NCBI GenBank assembly: GCA_963724765.1 | Contig: CAVRVY010000001.1 | Coordinates: forward strand, 416,001 to 480,000 | Reading direction: 5' to 3' | Length of the DNA stretch: 64,000 nt | DNA from: an uncultured delta proteobacterium | GTDB lineage: Bacteria; Desulfobacterota; Binatia; Binatales; Binataceae | In this document: positions 58,870 through 64,000 of the stretch, in pieces | Layout of the letters: each line of letters begins with the position of its first letter | Numbering within the stretch: the stretch's first letter is position 1 | Program-made: the position numbers and the translations under genes | The notes under the pieces: generated by a model | Told to the model about the DNA's origin: nothing | Databases searched by the model: none | Seen by the model: only the letters and a program-made list of their open reading frames with translations

Positions 58870-60240
58870 ATGACGCGCAGTTTGGGACAGCATGCGGTTG
58901 TGATCGGCGGTAGCATGGCGGGTTTGATGAGCGCGACGGTGCTGGCCGACTACTTCAACCGCGTCACCGTGTTCGAGCGCGATCAGATCGAAGATCGGCC
59001 CGTGCTTCACAAGTCAGTCCCACAGGGGAATCATATCCACGCCTTGTTACTCAGCGGGCAGCACGTGATGTCGTTGCTCTATCCCGGCTTCACCGAAGAA
59101 CTGACGCGGCTCGGCGCCGTCCGTTTCAGACCGGGCATCGACATCGCCTTTTACGGTCCCAATGGTAAGGGATACAACGCAACCCGGTCTGTAACGGAGC
59201 CTCGCGACCTTGGGCTTGAGGGACACATTATGAGTCGCGGGCTGCTCGAATATCATGTCAGACGGCGGACGGTTGCGCTCGCAAACGTGAAGCTCGAGAC
59301 GGGCGCTGCGATCGAAGGGCTGGTTCACGATAGCGGGCGGATTCGCGGCGTGTGCCGCAAACGTGCGGCGGGCACAGAGTCAGTCGCGGCTGACCTGGTG
59401 ATCGACGCGGGCGGGCGCAGTTCTCATGCCACGCGCTGGCTGGTTGAGATGGGAGTGCCGGCTCCCGAGGAAACGACCATCGGAGTCGACTTCGCCTATA
59501 CCAGCACCATGTATCGCAAGCCCGATTCCGACCACGAATCGGAACCACTGCTGCTCGTTGGCGGGCCGCCGCCCGAACACACGAGGGCGGCAGGGCTGTT
59601 CGAGATCGAGAATCGCACCTGGCACGTGAGTTTGGCCGGCCGTTTCGGTGATTATCCTCCAACTGACGAAGCCGGATTTCTTGCCTTCGCAAAGGCGCAG
59701 CCTTCTCCCAAGCTCTACGAGCTGATCAAGGATGCCGAACGTATCGCCGACATCACCCATCATCGCTTCCCGACCAGCGTCTGGCGGCACTACGAACGGA
59801 TGCCGTCCTTTCCCGAGGGGCTGCTGATTTTGGGAGATGCGATCTGCAGCTTTAATCCGGTCTATGGGCAGGGCATGAGCTCCGCCGCGCTGCAGGCCGC
59901 GACGCTGCAGAAGGTTCTCCGCGAGCGCGCGGCGCAATCTCGCGGGCTCGACGGGTTGGCCTCGGCTTTTTTTCCAAACGCGGCGCAGGCAGTGAGCGCG
60001 CCGTGGACCTTGGCCGCGAACTTCGATTTCGCGTACCCGCAAACCAAGGGCAAACGTCCGCCCGGCCTGGCGGAAGGCGCTGGCTATTTCGCGGCGCTGG
60101 ATTCTCTGCAGGCCGAGGACATCAACGTGCAGCGGCTGGTCACGGAGGTGTTTCAGCTAACCAAGCCGATATCGGCGCTGCGCGAGGAGCCTCTATTGAG
60201 CCGGATTCTGGCCCGCCTGCAGCGCCCGCCTCGCGCCTGA
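58870..60240 (+). CDS. FAD-dependent oxidoreductase/monooxygenase
   Basis: VIGGSMAG, DAGGR, GDA.C.FNPVYGQGMS. Confidence 0.88.
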   Translation: MTRSLGQHAVVIGGSMAGLMSATVLADYFNRVTVFERDQIEDRPVLHKSVPQGNHIHALLLSGQHVMSLLYPGFTEELTRLGAVRFRPGIDIAFYGPNGKGYNATRSVTEPRDLGLEGHIMSRGLLEYHVRRRTVALANVKLETGAAIEGLVHDSGRIRGVCRKRAAGTESVAADLVIDAGGRSSHATRWLVEMGVPAPEETTIGVDFAYTSTMYRKPDSDHESEPLLLVGGPPPEHTRAAGLFEIENRTWHVSLAGRFGDYPPTDEAGFLAFAKAQPSPKLYELIKDAERIADITHHRFPTSVWRHYERMPSFPEGLLILGDAICSFNPVYGQGMSSAALQAATLQKVLRERAAQSRGLDGLASAFFPNAAQAVSAPWTLAANFDFAYPQTKGKRPPGLAEGAGYFAALDSLQAEDINVQRLVTEVFQLTKPISALREEPLLSRILARLQRPPRA

Positions 60241-60304
60241 AGCGCGATTCTCTCGGTCCAATCGATTGTTACAGGCCGTCGGGCGCGTCTTAGCGCCATG
60301 CGAG

Positions 60305-60331
60305 GTAACTAATCGCCATGGCGCGGAGAAC
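60305..60331 (+). promoter_or_regulatory. Putative ECF (SigF-type) promoter
   Basis: GTAACT-N16-AGAAC upstream of the sigma gene; similar motif before msrA. Confidence 0.55.
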
Positions 60332-60462
60332 TTCAGACCAGGGAACTTTGGCCTCGGATGGTTGGTCTTTCGCTGAAACTATATCTCGGCGCATCCTCGC
60401 TGCCGTTTGTTGCGGCAAGCGGCGCCCCGTGCTGTCCTTATGAATCTTGCGTCGAGCGTCCG

Positions 60463-61062
60463 ATGGAAAACGCCGGCGCACTGACCAATGGCAGCGCCGC
60501 CGGAATGAAAAAGGTCGACGACGCCGCGCGGCTGGAGCGCACGCGCAGGCGCGCCCATCTGATGGAGCGCCTGCAGCAGGGTGATGCCGATGCCTGCCGC
60601 CTTTTGCTGGACGATGTCGGTCCCGCAGTGACTCGTTTCCTGCGCGCGCGCGTCGCTGTCGACGAGGTTGAGGACGTTTACCAGGAAACCTTCATGGCGC
60701 TGTTCCAGGCGCGCCATACCTACGAGGCCGGCCGTCCGCTCGAGCCATGGTTGTTCGCGATCGCACGCAATGTCGCGGCCGACCATTCGCGGCGGCGCTG
60801 GTCGCGGGCGACTTGGGAAGAATTGACGGCCGACTTGCCCGAACGCGCAGAGGGCGACTCGCCAGCCGCTCCGCCCGAAATCGAAGAATTTCTGACCAGG
60901 CTTCCGCCGGCGCAGCGCGAGGCGTTCGAGATGCTCAAGCTCGACGGGATGACGCTGGAGGCCGCGGCCGGCCGCGCCGGCGTCACGGTGGGCGCGTTGA
61001 AGGTCCGGGCGCATCGCGCCTACAAGGCGTTGCGAAAACTGATCGGTGGAGAAAGTGACTAA
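60463..61062 (+). CDS. ECF sigma-70 factor (SigF-like)
   Basis: EDVYQE, PWLFAIARN, LKVRAHRAYK; adjacent NrsF-like gene. Confidence 0.9.
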   Translation: MENAGALTNGSAAGMKKVDDAARLERTRRRAHLMERLQQGDADACRLLLDDVGPAVTRFLRARVAVDEVEDVYQETFMALFQARHTYEAGRPLEPWLFAIARNVAADHSRRRWSRATWEELTADLPERAEGDSPAAPPEIEEFLTRLPPAQREAFEMLKLDGMTLEAAAGRAGVTVGALKVRAHRAYKALRKLIGGESD

Positions 61063-61064
61063 AA

Positions 61065-61748
61065 GTGGCTGAAGCGCCGCAAATGACCCACGCGCAGCGC
61101 CATCGCCTGCTGATCGAGGCGTTCGCCGCCAACGTCAGGCCGGTGCGGCCGCTATGGCCCGTGCGCGTGCGCCTGGGGCTTTGGCTATTGCTCGAATCGA
61201 TCGTACTGCTGTGGGTCGCGACTCATACCGCCAACGACTTCATCCGCAAGCTCGGTCATCCCGACTACGCACTCGAGGTGGCGTTTTTCGCCGCCGCCGC
61301 GACGCTCGCGGCGATGATGGCGCTGCGCGCGGCAATTCCGGGGCGGCGGGCCGGTCCGCGTGAAGTCGCGCTCTGCATCGTGCTGGTGCTGATTGGAACC
61401 GCGCTGGTGATGGTTGCCGAACCGGCACGCATCGGCTATCCGCTTGGCGAATTTTTGCACGTGGGGCTCGGCTGCGCTCTTCAGACCTGCATACTGGCCG
61501 CGCTGCCATGGATAGCGCTTTGGTGGGCGGTCAAGCGCGGTGCTCCGATGCATGGCGCCGCCGCCGGAGCATTGACCGGGGCAGCCGCGCTGCTCTTTTC
61601 GTTTGCGCTGATGCGTATAGGATGCCCGATCGACGAGCCTTTGCACCTCATTACCTGGCATCTCCTGCCCGCGCTCGCGCTTACTGCGCTATCCGCCCTG
61701 GCCGGCGCCGCGTGGCTCGGTTTTCGCGCGCGCGGTCAACGAGTATGA
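61065..61748 (+). CDS. NrsF (DUF1109)-like anti-sigma membrane protein
   Basis: About six TMs, conserved Cys residues, GAP...GA..G, CP.D...H...WH. Confidence 0.82.
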   Translation: MAEAPQMTHAQRHRLLIEAFAANVRPVRPLWPVRVRLGLWLLLESIVLLWVATHTANDFIRKLGHPDYALEVAFFAAAATLAAMMALRAAIPGRRAGPREVALCIVLVLIGTALVMVAEPARIGYPLGEFLHVGLGCALQTCILAALPWIALWWAVKRGAPMHGAAAGALTGAAALLFSFALMRIGCPIDEPLHLITWHLLPALALTALSALAGAAWLGFRARGQRV

Positions 61749-61789
61749 CTGAGGTATAAGCGGGGCACGACCGGGTGTGACTGCCCGAC

Positions 61790-61815
61790 GTAACTTTCCC
61801 GATGCGCGTGAGAAC
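61790..61815 (+). promoter_or_regulatory. Putative ECF promoter of msrA
   Basis: GTAACT-N15-AGAAC. Confidence 0.55.
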
Positions 61816-61887
61816 CATACTGTGAGGCAAGCGCTCCCCAAAGACACGGCACGATCCGAAAAACCGGGGCTCGCGCGATCCACAATT

Positions 61888-62541
61888 ATGGTTATTCGTC
61901 GATTCCGGACTTTTGTCTTGCTCGCGCTAACTGCAGTCGCCATGCTTGCGACGGTTGCCGCTGTATCGCTGCAGGCGGCTGAAAGCGCGCCACAGAGTGC
62001 TGGTGCGCAACAGACGGCGGTCTTTGCCGGCGGGTGCTTCTGGGGCGTGGACGCCGTCTTCAAGCACGTCAAGGGCGTGGACCGGGTAATCTCCGGCTAT
62101 GCGGGAGGTGGCGCATCGACTGCGCAGTACGAGGTGGTGAGCACCGGGACGACCGGGCACGCGGAATCCGTGGAGGTCACCTACGATCCGACCCAGGTGT
62201 CGTACAGCGATCTGCTCAAGGTATTCTTTTACGCCGCGCATGATCCGACGCAGCTCAACCGGCAGGGGCCCGATTCGGGTACGCAATACCGCTCGGCGAT
62301 TTTCTTTACGAATGCGGAGCAGAAAAAGATCGCTGACGAGTATATCGCTCAACTCGATCAGACAAAGGCATTCCCCGAGCCAATCGTCACCCAGGTAGTT
62401 CCGCTCAAGGGCTTCTATCCGGCCGAAGCGTACCATCAGGATTACCTCGCGCGGCATCCCGATAATCCCTACATCGTTATCAACGACCTGCCCAAGCTCG
62501 AGCTGCTGCGCGAAAAATTCCCCCAGCTCTACAAACCGTAA
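61888..62541 (+). CDS. msrA: Peptide methionine sulfoxide reductase A with signal peptide
   Basis: GCFWG, GHAE, RQG.D.GTQYRS, AEAYHQDY. Confidence 0.95.
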   Translation: MVIRRFRTFVLLALTAVAMLATVAAVSLQAAESAPQSAGAQQTAVFAGGCFWGVDAVFKHVKGVDRVISGYAGGGASTAQYEVVSTGTTGHAESVEVTYDPTQVSYSDLLKVFFYAAHDPTQLNRQGPDSGTQYRSAIFFTNAEQKKIADEYIAQLDQTKAFPEPIVTQVVPLKGFYPAEAYHQDYLARHPDNPYIVINDLPKLELLREKFPQLYKP

Positions 62542-62700
62542 ACGATCGGCGGCGATCGCCGCGCCTGACGCGCCGAACGGACCATTAGATAACCAACGGT
62601 GCGCCGGCGAGTTCTCCCGGATCCGTGTGTCTCTCTGCGCGCGTGAAACGCTAACGCCGAGTGGCCGGGTCATGCTACGCTGCGCGGCTTGAGAGGTCAC

Positions 62701-63867
62701 ATGAAAGCCATCGCTAAACGCCTTGCGCCGATCGTTAAGATCCTTCTGGCGATCCTTCTGGGAGTGGCAGCTTGTGAAGCAACGAGTGCGCTTGCCCAGA
62801 TGCCGCCCCAGGAGCAAGTCACCATCCTCGAGCTGCCGCCGGTCTCGCCGCACTGGATTGCCGCGACCTCGTTCGGCGGTTCGATAATGGTCACGCCGAT
62901 CACGCTTATCGATGGCGATTCATTACAGGTGCTAGGCATGATTACCGGCGGACTGACCGCAATGTTCGCGGCGTCACCCGACCACAAGCAGTTCTACACC
63001 GCGGACACCTTCTACTCGCGCGCGATTCGCGGCGATCGCACCGACACGGTGACGATCTATGACGCACGCAAACTCGCTCCGGCTTCCGAAATCGTGATTC
63101 CCAACAGGCGCCAGCTTGCGGTCCAGGACGCCACCGCGATGAACGTCACTCCGGACGGGCGCTTTCTGCTCTACTCGAACCTGACTCCGGCAACCTCGAT
63201 CACGGCGGTCGACCTGCAAGCCAACAAGGTCGCCGGCGAGATCCAGATTCCCGGCTGCTCTGAGGTCCTGATGCTCGGGGCGCGCGAGTTCGCCTCGGTG
63301 TGCGCCGACGGCTCGATGCTGACCACGCAATTCGACGACAACGGCAAGACCACCGAACAAAAGCGCACCGCCAAGCCGTTCTTCGACGTCGAGAAGGACC
63401 CGGTCTTCGCCTTGCCTGCGATGATTGAAAAGCAGGCTTACTTCGTCAGCTATCACGGGGTTGTTTACCCGATGGACATGTCGTCGAGTCCGTCGACCCC
63501 GGGCGATTCGTGGCCACTGGTGACTGACAAGGAAAAGCAGGAAGGTTGGCGGCCCGGCGGATGGCAGCCGGTGTCGTACCATGCCGAGGACCATCTGCTT
63601 TTTGTTTTAATGCATCGCGGCGGCGAGTGGACGCATAAGAAAGCCGGGAGCGAAGTGTGGGTGTTCAACGTGCACCAGCACAGCCGCGTCACGCGGATTC
63701 CGCTGCCCGTAGAGGCAAATTCGATTCGGGTGACCCAGGACAGCAAGCCGCTCCTGTTCGCGGCCTCCACGCGCGAGGGAGTGATACAGGTATTTTCGGC
63801 GCAGGACGGCAAATACCAGGGCAAGATCGAAGAAATGGGACAGCCGTATACTTTGTACGGTCTGTGA
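62701..63867 (+). CDS. Amine dehydrogenase large (beta-propeller) subunit, MauB/AauB-like
   Basis: Signal peptide; T.YSR..RG.RTD.V, N.TPATS, C.DGS, WRPGGWQ, LMH.G...HK..G.EVW. Confidence 0.85.
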   Translation: MKAIAKRLAPIVKILLAILLGVAACEATSALAQMPPQEQVTILELPPVSPHWIAATSFGGSIMVTPITLIDGDSLQVLGMITGGLTAMFAASPDHKQFYTADTFYSRAIRGDRTDTVTIYDARKLAPASEIVIPNRRQLAVQDATAMNVTPDGRFLLYSNLTPATSITAVDLQANKVAGEIQIPGCSEVLMLGAREFASVCADGSMLTTQFDDNGKTTEQKRTAKPFFDVEKDPVFALPAMIEKQAYFVSYHGVVYPMDMSSSPSTPGDSWPLVTDKEKQEGWRPGGWQPVSYHAEDHLLFVLMHRGGEWTHKKAGSEVWVFNVHQHSRVTRIPLPVEANSIRVTQDSKPLLFAASTREGVIQVFSAQDGKYQGKIEEMGQPYTLYGL

Positions 63868-63958
63868 CCCCGAATTGACGCTCCGGAAGAATAACCCGCA
63901 AAACTAGAAGTGGCCGCGCAGAGTGACTAAGCGCAAAAGTGACTGAGAAGGAGATACG

Positions 63959-64000
63959 ATGGAAATCGGCAAGCTCGGTGCGTTCTGCTTCATGGATGCG
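63959..64000 (+). CDS. Start of next gene (possibly LLM-class oxidoreductase)
   Basis: RBS AAGGAG then MEIGKLGAFCFMDA; truncated by the window edge. Confidence 0.4.
   Translation, partial: MEIGKLGAFCFMDA

Noticed and set aside
1-64000. CRISPR array, rRNA, reverse transcriptase or intact IS transposase
   Set aside because: No regularly spaced repeat-spacer array or corresponding motifs were seen by eye.

Overview
GC-rich bacterial chromosomal window; the gene content (F420-type LLM and nitroreductase, amine dehydrogenase subunit, Flp pilins) loosely suggests a Binatota/Deltaproteobacteria-like organism, which is inference only. All product calls come from motif recognition, not database searches. 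1-13.5 kb: dcw cluster (ftsI-murE-mraY-murD-ftsW-murG-murC-murB-ftsQ-like-ftsA-ftsZ) with no murF or ddl, and a strong internal sigma70-like promoter inside murG. 13.7-35.6 kb: transport, metal-resistance and redox genes, including CsoR/RcnR with its operator, an atypical P1B ATPase, an mgtC relic, tRNA-Glu and a chromate transporter pair with a CYTH-like gene. 35.9-42.1 kb: one operon for a caa3-type oxidase plus a Rieske/cytochrome b-c complex. 43.6-57.4 kb: island between tRNA-Lys and a degenerate full-length tRNA-Lys copy. The most notable feature lies inside it: a 10,543-bp Mu-like element (43802-54344) with TG...CA termini, a 5-bp target duplication (ACGAC) and repeated GGATGGTTTGATC end motifs. 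It keeps GemA, Mor, lysis, terminase and head-morphogenesis genes, lacks transposase, capsid and tail genes, and is internally inverted with a 5'-truncated portal. It could be a non-autonomous mini-Mu or satellite, a decaying prophage, or an assembly artefact. An orphan Tad pilin cassette with a sigma54 promoter follows, then a SigF/NrsF-type ECF pair, msrA and an orphan amine dehydrogenase large subunit.
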